Shown here: positions 1 to 9,186 of the stretch, in pieces | Layout of the letters: the number at the start of each line of letters is the position of its first letter | Numbering within the stretch: position 1 is the stretch's first letter | Origin: a virus | Lineage: Duplodnaviria > Caudoviricetes | Virus record (IMG/VR): IMGVR_UViG_3300027804_001810 | Span: 10,771-74,770 of that record | Length of the DNA: 64,000 nucleotides | Direction: 5' to 3' (one strand) | The notes under the pieces: model-generated | The model's database searches: none | What the model was told of the DNA's origin: nothing | What the model saw: the letters and a program-made list of their open reading frames with translations, nothing else | Translations under genes and position numbers: made by a program

Positions 1-337
1 AAATTACAATCGCATCAAAATCTTCTTTTGGAAGATCATAACTCATCGGTTTTACTAAATTTTCAGTATCAACTCTTAAGATTTGATGGTTATACTTTTC
101 ATCAATATATCTGGTCTTAATAATTTTTTCATCATTTGTAAGAATGTAAACTTCCATACCGAAAGATTTAAGATTTTCTCTTACATTCCAAGCCATTCCA
201 TGTCGCACTTCTTTCCTCTGATATTTGAGAATGGGGACAGGTGCTTCTGGATTTAACCTTTCACAAATTCCATAGACATACTCGTCTATGCAACTATCTC
301 CGATCAATAATACTTTGTATTGTTTTTGTTGTTGCAT
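1..337 (-). CDS. HldE/RfaE-type sugar (heptose-7-phosphate) kinase domain, PfkB family; truncated by window edge; not in ORF track
   Basis: Manual translation from ATG at 337: MQQQKQYKVLLIGDSCIDEYVYGICERLNPEAPVPILK...GMAWNVRENL...KTRYIDEKYNHQILRVD. This matches the RfaE domain I motifs (GD.xD.Y..G...R.sPEAPVP; KTR...qQ.lRvD). Confidence 0.85.
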   Translation of the reverse strand, partial: MQQQKQYKVLLIGDSCIDEYVYGICERLNPEAPVPILKYQRKEVRHGMAWNVRENLKSFGMEVYILTNDEKIIKTRYIDEKYNHQILRVDTENLVKPMSYDLPKEDFDAIVI

Positions 338-692
338 AATCGCCTATTCGATCAAAGAATATAAGTTTTGATGCATAGTAAGATCCTATTACAGATTTAT
401 CTTTCCAATCAGATCCTACAACCATTATATCAGGTTTGAATGATTTTATCATCTGCTCCAGTTCATAATCACTTGAAAAAATATCCACAGTATTAACTGC
501 CTTTAAATTTTCTAGAAAAAATTTTCTTTCTTCTTGATTATGTATTGGTCTTGTGGGACCTTTCTTTTCTCTAACTCTATCATCACTATCAATCCCAACC
601 AACAAAAAGTCTCCTAAACTTTTTGCGTAGTTTAGGAGTTCTAAATGACCTCGGTGAAGAATATCAAATGTTCCGTTTACAAAAATATTCAT
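294..692 (-). CDS. HldE/RfaE domain II-like nucleotidyltransferase (cytidylyltransferase family)
   Basis: NGTFDILHRGH (HxGH), GIDSD, KGPTRPI, VGSDW and TTKTI motifs; adjacent to the kinase domain. Confidence 0.9.
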   Translation of the reverse strand: MNIFVNGTFDILHRGHLELLNYAKSLGDFLLVGIDSDDRVREKKGPTRPIHNQEERKFFLENLKAVNTVDIFSSDYELEQMIKSFKPDIMVVGSDWKDKSVIGSYYASKLIFFDRIGDYATTKTIQSIIDRR

Positions 693-1509
693 AACAATCC
701 TTAATTCCCTTTTCTATACCTTCATACTTTATTGGTAGATTATTTGGAGCACCACAATAAGAAAACTCATTATAAGTTCCATGTTTAGAAATAACAACTT
801 TATGATCACTTACATTATTAATCATATCAGCAATTTCACTTAAATAATATTTTTTATCATAAACACAGTTTATATCTCGACAATCAAACTCTTCAACTAA
901 ATTTAAAAAATGACTGATAATCTTGTAAAGATCGTTGGCATAGATAAAATCTATCTTTCTATCTTTTGTTATCTCTATAGATTTTTTATTAATGTAGTTA
1001 TTGATATTGGTATTGAAGAATCTTGTTGGTTCTTCATATGGACCAAAGCATCCAAAAATGCGAAGATTGATAGCATACGGATGTTGCAAAACTCTTTTTG
1101 CAATACAGTATTTTGAAAACCCATATGGATCTACAGGAATAATTTGACCAAAATGTTTTGGCGATGGTTCTTCTACAGGTGCTGGACGACCATATGAAGC
1201 GCCACTGTCTAAATTAATAAACATATTAGATTTACTAATATGTTTAAAAATATTTTCAAAAATTTGCATGTTGGTATAGAAAACTTCTGGTCCGTCTTCT
1301 ATATCCCTACGACCCCCTTTAATTGCCCCATGAATAATAGCGTGATATGTCTGACCTTCAAATAAAGAATCAACTTCACTTTGAACATCCAATCTAACTT
1401 CTCTTGAAGATGGTTTAACAACTTCCCATCCTTCCGATTCTAAAAGAGGGATAATTTGCTTACCAAGAAATCCATTGGCACCTGTAAAAAGAATTTTATT
1501 CTTTGTCAT
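664..1509 (-). CDS. NAD-dependent epimerase/dehydratase/4-ketoreductase (extended SDR)
   Basis: TGANGFLG Rossmann motif, YGFSK (YxxxK) and LRIFGCFGP; likely start MTKNK at 1509. Confidence 0.85.
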   Translation of the reverse strand: MTKNKILFTGANGFLGKQIIPLLESEGWEVVKPSSREVRLDVQSEVDSLFEGQTYHAIIHGAIKGGRRDIEDGPEVFYTNMQIFENIFKHISKSNMFINLDSGASYGRPAPVEEPSPKHFGQIIPVDPYGFSKYCIAKRVLQHPYAINLRIFGCFGPYEEPTRFFNTNINNYINKKSIEITKDRKIDFIYANDLYKIISHFLNLVEEFDCRDINCVYDKKYYLSEIADMINNVSDHKVVISKHGTYNEFSYCGAPNNLPIKYEGIEKGIKDCYEYFCKRNI

Positions 1510-2362
1510 ACTTCCAACTAGAATCACTCAGTAGTTTTTCAAGCTCATCATCTTTAATTTCGTAAAAGTTTTCAGAAGAGGGGAATTGAAGTTCACGAAC
1601 TTCATTCACATAGTCCGTAAGGGCAGATTGAATAAGTTGCCCTGCTTCACAATAACGCTTTACAAATTTAGATTTAAATTCCCAGAACAATCCAATCAAG
1701 TCGTGCATAATTACAAGTTGTCCATCAACCTTATCGCCAGCACCAATTCCATAAACAGGAATCTCCAAAGACTCTGCAATCATTGCAGCAGACTCCCTAG
1801 GCATTGCTTCAAGTAAAAGGAAAGAGCATCCAGCGTCTTGAAGACGAAGTGCCTGGTCAAGAATCACTTTTGCCTGATCTGCAGTTTTTCCTTGAACCCT
1901 ATACCCTCCCAATTTAGCACGAGTATGTGGTGTTAATCCAAGATGACTCATGACCATGATTCCAGCATCGCAGATTGCTTTAATACGTTCAACCATGCAC
2001 CCTTCAACCTTTACAGCATCCATTCCTGCCTGAATAAATGCCCCAGCATTTGTCACCGCATCTTCATTAGAAATTTGATATGACATATATGGCAAATCCC
2101 CCACAGTAAATGCGCGATTTACTCCACGAGATACTGCTCTAGCAGAACGAAGCATATCATCCATGGTCACTGGAATGGTTGTCTTGTATCCCAAGGTAGT
2201 CATACCAAGAGAATCTCCAACCAAAACCCAATCAACTCCAGCATTATCTGCCATAAGAGCTTGAGGATAATCGTAAGCAGTGACTCCAACGGTCTTTATT
2301 TTATTTTGTTTTTGTTTCTGCAACTTTAAAATAGTTACTTTATCTTTATTATCTGCAGGCAT
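1496..2362 (-). CDS. panB: Ketopantoate hydroxymethyltransferase (PanB) family
   Basis: TAYDYP, LVGDSLGM, GDLPYMSY, AVKVEG, HLGLTP, GYRVQGK, LLEAMP and DGQLVIMHDLIG motifs. Confidence 0.92.
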   Translation of the reverse strand: MPADNKDKVTILKLQKQKQNKIKTVGVTAYDYPQALMADNAGVDWVLVGDSLGMTTLGYKTTIPVTMDDMLRSARAVSRGVNRAFTVGDLPYMSYQISNEDAVTNAGAFIQAGMDAVKVEGCMVERIKAICDAGIMVMSHLGLTPHTRAKLGGYRVQGKTADQAKVILDQALRLQDAGCSFLLLEAMPRESAAMIAESLEIPVYGIGAGDKVDGQLVIMHDLIGLFWEFKSKFVKRYCEAGQLIQSALTDYVNEVRELQFPSSENFYEIKDDELEKLLSDSSWKYDKE

Positions 2363-2363
2363 A

Positions 2364-4049
2364 TCAGTCTAGGGGGTTAACTATCATATTACCATAGAAT
2401 TCGTCTCTAGGCAAGAATGGGTACATATCTTCAAGTGGTTTTGCTGTTATTGATCCATCATCGTTTTTCTTACCCATCAAAGTAGGAATAACTTCTTGCC
2501 ATTTTTCACACATAACTTCACATATCACAGGACCATTATAATTCAACGTGTATGTAATTGCGTCTTCCAAATTATTAGAATCTGCATAAACATATTCAAT
2601 GCCAAAACTTTCTACTACCTTACAAATATTTGGGATGGAAACTCCACTTTCGGCATCGGTTCCTATTTCTCTACCTTCAAAAAACTTTTTCTGCGTTGTT
2701 CGGATTGAAAGATATCCTTCATTATTCCAAACAAATAGTTTAACTGGTAGATTATAATGAACTATAGTTTGAAGTTCTTGCAAATTCATCATGAAAGAAC
2801 CATCACCAGTCACACCAATTACATCACTCTTTTTAGCAAAAGCAGCGCCAATGCAAGCAGGAATAGTAAATCCCATTTCAGCTTGAGCACTGGAAGTAAT
2901 ATATCTTTGATTGTCTACAATATCTGTAGCTTGTGAGCAAACATAATATGCAGATCCAGCGTCGGAAATAACAACATCATCAAATCTCTTTAACTTATTA
3001 AGTACATGAGTGAAGTAATAAAGATCTACTTTTTCTGATGGATTTTCAGTTGGACAAATAGGCCACTTTCCTCTCCAACGTAAACAGGTTTCATTCCATT
3101 TAGTTCTCTGTCTAGAAAAAATGTTTTTCTGCAAAAAGTCTTTTGCATCAGAATGAATAAATCTATCAATTTTAACAGTATCTTTTGAATGTTCATCCTT
3201 ATCAACATCCACCACTATTACTTTTGCTTCTCTAGCAAAAGTGGAATAATCATATCCAGTAACTGGCACAGGTAATCTACAACCAATTACAAGAAGAAGA
3301 TCACAGTTTTGCATGGCAAAATTGCCAGCACGAGTTCCTTTAATTCCAACTCTACCTACAAAATTTGAATCATTAGAATGAATTAAATCCACACCATTAT
3401 AAGATGTCACAACTGGAATATTTGTTTTACTTATGAATGCTCTAAATGCATTTTTAGCATTAGAACAGTTAATACCATTTCCAGCTAAAATTAATGGTCT
3501 TTCTGAATTTTCAATTTCATGTTCCAAATCAAAACAAGATGCCCCTTGGACATCCATGGGAACATCAATCCACACTGGACCAGGACGACAAGTTGTGGCA
3601 TGATAAATTGCCTCCCTCATAATATCACCAATGTCTTCTGGATCGTGAACAACTGCAGAATACTTAGTAATTGGTTTCACAATGTCAATAATATTAGCTT
3701 CCTGAACACCAAGATTTCTAACTCCAGCAGGAGCCATATGAGAACGATTTACATTACCAGAAACAAATATTACTGGAACACTATCTTGCCAAGCATCAAG
3801 AAGACCTGTAATTGCATTTGTTCCACCACAACCTGTTGTTAAGCAAACAGCACTTATACTATTTGTATACTTTGAATACGCAACCGCACCCATTGCACAA
3901 GACTGCTCATGATGATTGCATATTGGTTTAATTTTTCCGTGAGCAGCAATAGCATCATTAAGATACATTGCCCCACCGCCAGTCACAAGAAAAATGTGTT
4001 CACATCCTTCTTTATAAATCTGATCGATAATATAATCTGCTACTCTCAT
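2364..4049 (-). CDS. ThDP-dependent acetolactate synthase-like enzyme (YerE-like in this context)
   Basis: HHEQSCAMGA, TTGCGGTNAITG, RPGPVWIDVPMDVQ and ThDP motif GDGSFMMN...NNEGY. Confidence 0.9.
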   Translation of the reverse strand: MRVADYIIDQIYKEGCEHIFLVTGGGAMYLNDAIAAHGKIKPICNHHEQSCAMGAVAYSKYTNSISAVCLTTGCGGTNAITGLLDAWQDSVPVIFVSGNVNRSHMAPAGVRNLGVQEANIIDIVKPITKYSAVVHDPEDIGDIMREAIYHATTCRPGPVWIDVPMDVQGASCFDLEHEIENSERPLILAGNGINCSNAKNAFRAFISKTNIPVVTSYNGVDLIHSNDSNFVGRVGIKGTRAGNFAMQNCDLLLVIGCRLPVPVTGYDYSTFAREAKVIVVDVDKDEHSKDTVKIDRFIHSDAKDFLQKNIFSRQRTKWNETCLRWRGKWPICPTENPSEKVDLYYFTHVLNKLKRFDDVVISDAGSAYYVCSQATDIVDNQRYITSSAQAEMGFTIPACIGAAFAKKSDVIGVTGDGSFMMNLQELQTIVHYNLPVKLFVWNNEGYLSIRTTQKKFFEGREIGTDAESGVSIPNICKVVESFGIEYVYADSNNLEDAITYTLNYNGPVICEVMCEKWQEVIPTLMGKKNDDGSITAKPLEDMYPFLPRDEFYGNMIVNPLD

Positions 4050-5338
4050 TTTTCAAAAGTAGAAGTAATTTTCCCAATGTAATCAATCATTTCTTCAGTG
4101 ATAGTAGGAGAACAACCAACAAAGAATACAAGATCAAGAACCTTACATGCATTAGGATAGTTCTTATAATAATCTAAATGGCTATATCCAGGGTGCATTA
4201 AAATATTTCCAGCAAAATAATTTCTTGTTTGAATTTTATTTGATTCCAAATGATGAGTAAGTTTATTTTTTGTTTGCTTACTATCGCAAATAATGGGAAC
4301 TCCAAACCAACTCGTCTCCGCTTTAGGCAGTTCGTTAACACTCCTAACTCCAGGAATCTTTTCAAAATGTTCTTGGATAAGAACTTTATTCTTTCTACGC
4401 AATTGATGAATTTCATCCTGCTTATCAAGTTGAACAGATCCTATCGCTCCCTGAAAATCCATGGGCTTAAGATTATAACCCATTTGCGTGTAGACATACT
4501 TATGATCGATAATGCCATCATAACGATCAATCCAGTTATCAAATCTTTTACCACAAACTCCGCAAGAAAGGAGGTTCTGAGACCCTACACAATAACAGTC
4601 TCTACCCCACCAAGCAAGACTACGGGCAATATTAATCAACTCACAGTCATCAGTAGAAATCATTCCACCTTCTCCAGTACAAATATGATGTGCTGGATAG
4701 AATGAACATGATGCTGCAATCGCATGATCAGTCAGATACTTACCATCCCACTTACTGCCAAGACTATCACAGTTATCAGCAATTAAATGGATCTTATAAC
4801 GATCGCAAATATCAAGAATAATATCAATGTCATAAGGATTTCCCAGAACTGGTGAAGAAAATATTCCTCTGGTTTTAGTAGAGATCTTATCTTCAATCTC
4901 ACTAATGTCCCAATTCAAATCTGTAAAATCAATATCAACAAAAACTGGTTTCAATCCATTTTGAACAATGGGAGCAATAGTAGTTGGAAATCCCACACAA
5001 GATACAATAATTTCATCACCATCTTCCCACCCAAATCTTTTTTTAAGGGCAGCAATCATGACAAGATTGGCAGAACTACCAGAGTTCACCATTAAAGAAT
5101 TTTGCTTATTAAATCGTTTGGAGAATTTTTTCTCAAACTTACTAACTTCCTCACCAGAAGCTAACCATTTCCCCTGAAGAAAGGATTTAAAAATAGATTC
5201 CAGTTCCCTATTATCCCAATAAGGTCCCGAATAATAAACTGAAGACTCTCCAGGAATAAATTTACCACTATTAGCAAGATATGGAGGAGATACATCTTGT
5301 AAAAGTTTTTCAATTACACTATCCATTAGTAACCTCAT
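4046..5338 (-). CDS. rfbH: CDP-4-keto-6-deoxyglucose 3-dehydrase E1 (RfbH/DdhC), PMP- and 2Fe-2S-dependent
   Basis: VNSGSSANL; SFYPAHHICTGEGG (His in place of the aminotransferase Lys); Cys cluster WGRDCYC...CGVCGKRF; YDHKY-like GYNLK region. Confidence 0.9.
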   Translation of the reverse strand: MRLLMDSVIEKLLQDVSPPYLANSGKFIPGESSVYYSGPYWDNRELESIFKSFLQGKWLASGEEVSKFEKKFSKRFNKQNSLMVNSGSSANLVMIAALKKRFGWEDGDEIIVSCVGFPTTIAPIVQNGLKPVFVDIDFTDLNWDISEIEDKISTKTRGIFSSPVLGNPYDIDIILDICDRYKIHLIADNCDSLGSKWDGKYLTDHAIAASCSFYPAHHICTGEGGMISTDDCELINIARSLAWWGRDCYCVGSQNLLSCGVCGKRFDNWIDRYDGIIDHKYVYTQMGYNLKPMDFQGAIGSVQLDKQDEIHQLRRKNKVLIQEHFEKIPGVRSVNELPKAETSWFGVPIICDSKQTKNKLTHHLESNKIQTRNYFAGNILMHPGYSHLDYYKNYPNACKVLDLVFFVGCSPTITEEMIDYIGKITSTFEK

Positions 5339-6179
5339 TCAGATAATCATTAACTTCAGTTGATACGACAGTTGACAACCAATTTCTAAACCCACCACAA
5401 CGTTTGTTTATTTCTGCTGCCAGTCCTCCACCAGCTTGGTGTAATACTTTTAGGCACATAGGTTCGCCATTAACTGGATCATCAAGGTACAGTCTACCAT
5501 CTTTTAAGTAAATTTGCGACCAACTTTCCCAATGATTATTGGGATCATTGCCCCAACAGCTGGAAAGACCATATGAAACTCCAGATCCCATACAATCTAT
5601 AACTTTAGAATTATATTTTTTCCAGTGAAATAATTGATTTAGAGTATCATTTTCATCACCAACACCATAAGCAGAAGGATCAACCTCTGCTCTAATACGA
5701 ATTGCTTCTTGATTTAGATTGTGCCAATCATACCAAAATTCCTTTCGATTAACTCCAACGAGACCAGCATTAATAAACTTTTGTACTGGTATTGGATTAC
5801 CATTTCCAAAAGGTTCCAAGTGGGGAATAGTAATTCCATTATGAGATCCTGCTTTATTAAAGCTGTTATTATTTCTTACACCTAGAACATCTGCTTCACT
5901 ATTAAAAAGTTCATCCATTGGACCAACTACAACAGCATCGGCGTCCAAATGAATTACCATGTCATAATCTTCAACAAAAGGAAGACAAGTTGGAGCCATC
6001 ATCCAAATAGGTTTCATCCATGGATATTGAGCATAAACCTCATTAGTCATTTTAGTATCAAAAATGACATGCTCAACATCTGGATGAAAATATTTTATAG
6101 AATTTGTTAATTTCTCTACGCCAAGAATCTCAGCATAATCATCAGTACACCAAGTAGAGATAAGAATTTTCTTAGACAT
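5319..6179 (-). CDS. GT-A fold glycosyltransferase-like protein (GT8-like)
   Basis: HLDAD (DxD), FINAGLV and ENDTLN motifs typical of GT8/GT77-like enzymes. Confidence 0.65.
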   Translation of the reverse strand: MSKKILISTWCTDDYAEILGVEKLTNSIKYFHPDVEHVIFDTKMTNEVYAQYPWMKPIWMMAPTCLPFVEDYDMVIHLDADAVVVGPMDELFNSEADVLGVRNNNSFNKAGSHNGITIPHLEPFGNGNPIPVQKFINAGLVGVNRKEFWYDWHNLNQEAIRIRAEVDPSAYGVGDENDTLNQLFHWKKYNSKVIDCMGSGVSYGLSSCWGNDPNNHWESWSQIYLKDGRLYLDDPVNGEPMCLKVLHQAGGGLAAEINKRCGGFRNWLSTVVSTEVNDYLNEVTNG

Positions 6180-6817
6180 TATTCAACAATTCCAACAAGA
6201 AGTTTTTCTGCCTCGTCTGAGATATCTTTATTAACTGGGAAAAGGATAATAAATCCCTGCTTATTATATGATTTAATCACATAATGTGTTTCTTCAAATA
6301 GTTCATCAATGAACTCAATCCCATCAGCACCATATTTTAATCTGTCTCTCCAATTGCCATCTTCAAAAGGACCGTCTTCATAAATTCTGAGATCGTCAAT
6401 AACAAAAACATCATTAGAAACATCTCTGCTATTTACAATGATTTCCAATTCACTCTGCAATGGAAGCCTCTTGCTCAGATCAGGTTCATCACCATAAGAT
6501 GCCATTCCAAAATCTGCACCAGGAAAATGAGCATCCATCCAAAACAAAGTATTTCCAGATAATTCTGGAAGAATTTGTGGGAGAACATCAGAAGACTGCC
6601 CCAAATGCCAATTCACACCTTTCAGATAAGAAAGAGAAACTTTATTTTTCTTATAAATTTCTTCGATAATTTCGATCGTATGAATATTTACTTCAGAATT
6701 AATTCCATAAACAGACCTAACGACCTCTGCTGCGCCAGTGCCAGTCTCAACAAAATTTTCAATGTTATAAAACTCTAGCAAATTCTTAACATGAACTGCT
6801 TCATTTAATTGACCCAT
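6179..6817 (-). CDS. Putative class I SAM-dependent methyltransferase
   Basis: FVETGTG motif I, HTIEI, and LFWMDAH. Confidence 0.55.
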   Translation of the reverse strand: MGQLNEAVHVKNLLEFYNIENFVETGTGAAEVVRSVYGINSEVNIHTIEIIEEIYKKNKVSLSYLKGVNWHLGQSSDVLPQILPELSGNTLFWMDAHFPGADFGMASYGDEPDLSKRLPLQSELEIIVNSRDVSNDVFVIDDLRIYEDGPFEDGNWRDRLKYGADGIEFIDELFEETHYVIKSYNKQGFIILFPVNKDISDEAEKLLVGIVE

Positions 6818-7308
6818 TAGATTTTTTCTCCAACTACAATAAAGGAATGATTTAAATCTCTTTGACTACTAAAGATATTAGTATACCCGTTTTCTTTCAT
6901 AAAATCAACTACCATTTCAGGTAAGAACGCATGTAAGTGTTTTCTGTTATTCCAAGGTCTCCAATATTTTTGATCATAATGTGGTAGGTATAAAAACAAG
7001 GTGCCACCACTACGAATTTTTTCAGTCCAATACAAAAGAGTTCCAGCCCAATCAGGAACATGCTCTAAACAATGACTGGAAAAAATATAGTCAACTTGAT
7101 TATCAGGAAGATTATTAGCATCCCAAGGATCATCAAAATCAAGATCTATAGGGATTGAACCTGGATAAGACCAATCAACTTTCATACACCCAATATCATA
7201 TCCCTTACCCATACAAAAGTATTGTGCAAATGGAATTGCAAACTGGGATGCATTGCCTATGGTTTGAAAGTGAGGATATTTTTCACCTCTATATTCTACT
7301 ACTTGCAT
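6817..7308 (-). CDS. Class I SAM-dependent methyltransferase (Methyltransf_11-like)
   Basis: GYDIGC, VDYIFSSHCLEHV and GGTLFLYLP. Confidence 0.8.
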   Translation of the reverse strand: MQVVEYRGEKYPHFQTIGNASQFAIPFAQYFCMGKGYDIGCMKVDWSYPGSIPIDLDFDDPWDANNLPDNQVDYIFSSHCLEHVPDWAGTLLYWTEKIRSGGTLFLYLPHYDQKYWRPWNNRKHLHAFLPEMVVDFMKENGYTNIFSSQRDLNHSFIVVGEKI

Positions 7309-8006
7309 AACATTACGTGAGGTTTATTAAACAGATAATCAATTTGTTCTTTATTTTTTTCATCATGAGCATAAATGACATACTCATCATAAGAAGTATC
7401 AATAACTTCAATAATATAATTAATAGATGTATTGATTGTATGAATTTTTTTTGCCTTTTCTAGAACTTTAATCCAATCGAACAATGTAAATCCATCGATA
7501 ATTTTCAATTCAACTACAGGAAGATCAAACTGTTCTGGACTAAACAATTTACTATCACGGATATCAGTATTATAAAGATTGTTTATGAAAACGAATTCAG
7601 AGTCATCCTTTAGATTAAGTACATTATAGTACAAATCATTTTCTTTATCAAGGTCTCGTTCAAATTTAAAATACTCACGCCAATCTTCATATTCCATATC
7701 GAGCATAGAATATTTGGATCTCATAGTTTTACCATCATTATGAGTTAGATCAGCAGTCGCAATACTAATGAACGCTACATTTTCTTCAATAACATATCCA
7801 CCAAATTGATCGTAGACATCTTTACCAAGAAAATCATCATCTAAACTAGGAAAGTCAATATCTTTAATGTAATTACCAATCCAAGTAATGTCTGGTCTGA
7901 GTGGCCAAATAACTTGATATCCTTTAGATAGCATTACTCTGGCAATTTTCTGACAAAAAAATACATCGCCAATACCAGCGGGTTGTTTAATTATACAAGG
8001 TTTCAT
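7299..8006 (-). CDS. Hypothetical glycan-cluster protein, GT-B-like N-terminus
   Basis: QPAGIGDVFF N-terminal motif resembles GT9/GT11-type starts; cluster context. Confidence 0.45.
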   Translation of the reverse strand: MKPCIIKQPAGIGDVFFCQKIARVMLSKGYQVIWPLRPDITWIGNYIKDIDFPSLDDDFLGKDVYDQFGGYVIEENVAFISIATADLTHNDGKTMRSKYSMLDMEYEDWREYFKFERDLDKENDLYYNVLNLKDDSEFVFINNLYNTDIRDSKLFSPEQFDLPVVELKIIDGFTLFDWIKVLEKAKKIHTINTSINYIIEVIDTSYDEYVIYAHDEKNKEQIDYLFNKPHVMLCK

Positions 8007-8377
8007 TACTGATATTGAGGAAGTATTTTTTGTTCGTTTATTTGACTGTTGGTATACTTATTAATTTTTGATTTCACATGAAACCTTTCATCATTGTTAT
8101 AGTAAACGTCTCTAGCAAGTTGAATAAAAGTCTCATCAAATTGCTTGTTCTTTTCACATAAACGAATACTATCTTCAGTATCCCAAATCTTTTGATTAAC
8201 TGCTTGAAGTTCGTCAATCATTTCTTGAGGAACATCTAGACTTTCAACAATTGGAACAAGATACTCAAGTTCTTTTAGAATTTGTTGGGTCTTTGCCTCA
8301 CTATCAGAATTTTCTAATTTAATTTTAAGAATGGTAAGTTTATCAACAATCTCACCATTAGCTACTTCGATTTTCAT
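8006..8377 (-). CDS. DUF6165-like protein
   Basis: IEVANGEIVDKLTILKIK...LWDxEDxIR...ARxVY..ND.R...K..IN pattern. Confidence 0.7.
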   Translation of the reverse strand: MKIEVANGEIVDKLTILKIKLENSDSEAKTQQILKELEYLVPIVESLDVPQEMIDELQAVNQKIWDTEDSIRLCEKNKQFDETFIQLARDVYYNNDERFHVKSKINKYTNSQINEQKILPQYQ

Positions 8378-8392
8378 TTGATTAAATGTAAA

Positions 8393-9175
8393 TTACTTCC
8401 ATTTGTTCCAGGGATATACATCCCAATTGTCCTTAAGATAACCTTCACCATAAAGAACATTACCAGCATTCCCATCCTGAAATGGAGTATGTTGTCTATC
8501 TCTACGAACAAAAAGAGAATCACCCTGCCCCTCATTTTTATATTGGGGGGACATTTCAGTAAGATCAAATCCCTTCTCATCCAACCATTCAACAATTTGC
8601 TGATGTGCAGCACCAGCACCATGACGATCATCAAATGTTGTTTCAAGATCGACCACATTAATATGATCAAGATACTTTTCAAATCCCATCAACACATCAA
8701 GTTCAGCACCTTCAACATCAATGTTCAAAAAATCATATTCATTCATGTCAATGTTATTCTCCTCAATTATTGTTGAGAGAGTTTTTGTTTTAACTTTAAT
8801 TGAATGAACTTTACCCCACTCTGGTTTGCCTGGATAAAAACTAGATCCTAACCCATGAGGACATATCCAGAAGTCTTTTTCAACACCATCTTCCTTATAG
8901 GTAAATTCATTGAAAATTTTAAACCCCCATTTATCAGCAACAGGTTTTGCCATGTGCTGATAAATATCTGGATTTGCTTCTATACCAATAACCTTGTTGC
9001 CAAATAATTTAGTATAACAACCATACTCAATAAAGTCATACAACCCTACATGTATAACCCCTTTTGGTTGAATATTAATTCTTTCAAAAATACCAACCCA
9101 TTCCCGCATTTCGGGATCCCAAACTGCGCTTCCAGTTTCTTTATTCCATGAAGCATATGGACCAAGCATACTCAT
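8393..9175 (-). CDS. FkbM-family methyltransferase
   Basis: GVIHVG, GIEANP, and DFLNIDVEGAELDVLMG. Confidence 0.85.
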   Translation of the reverse strand: MSMLGPYASWNKETGSAVWDPEMREWVGIFERINIQPKGVIHVGLYDFIEYGCYTKLFGNKVIGIEANPDIYQHMAKPVADKWGFKIFNEFTYKEDGVEKDFWICPHGLGSSFYPGKPEWGKVHSIKVKTKTLSTIIEENNIDMNEYDFLNIDVEGAELDVLMGFEKYLDHINVVDLETTFDDRHGAGAAHQQIVEWLDEKGFDLTEMSPQYKNEGQGDSLFVRRDRQHTPFQDGNAGNVLYGEGYLKDNWDVYPWNKWK

Positions 9176-9186
9176 AACAATACTCC

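Noticed and set aside
2364-4049. Calling the ThDP enzyme ilvB (branched-chain amino acid AMG)
   Set aside because: No regulatory subunit, ilvC or ilvD; it is coupled to rfbH, as YerE-like enzymes are.
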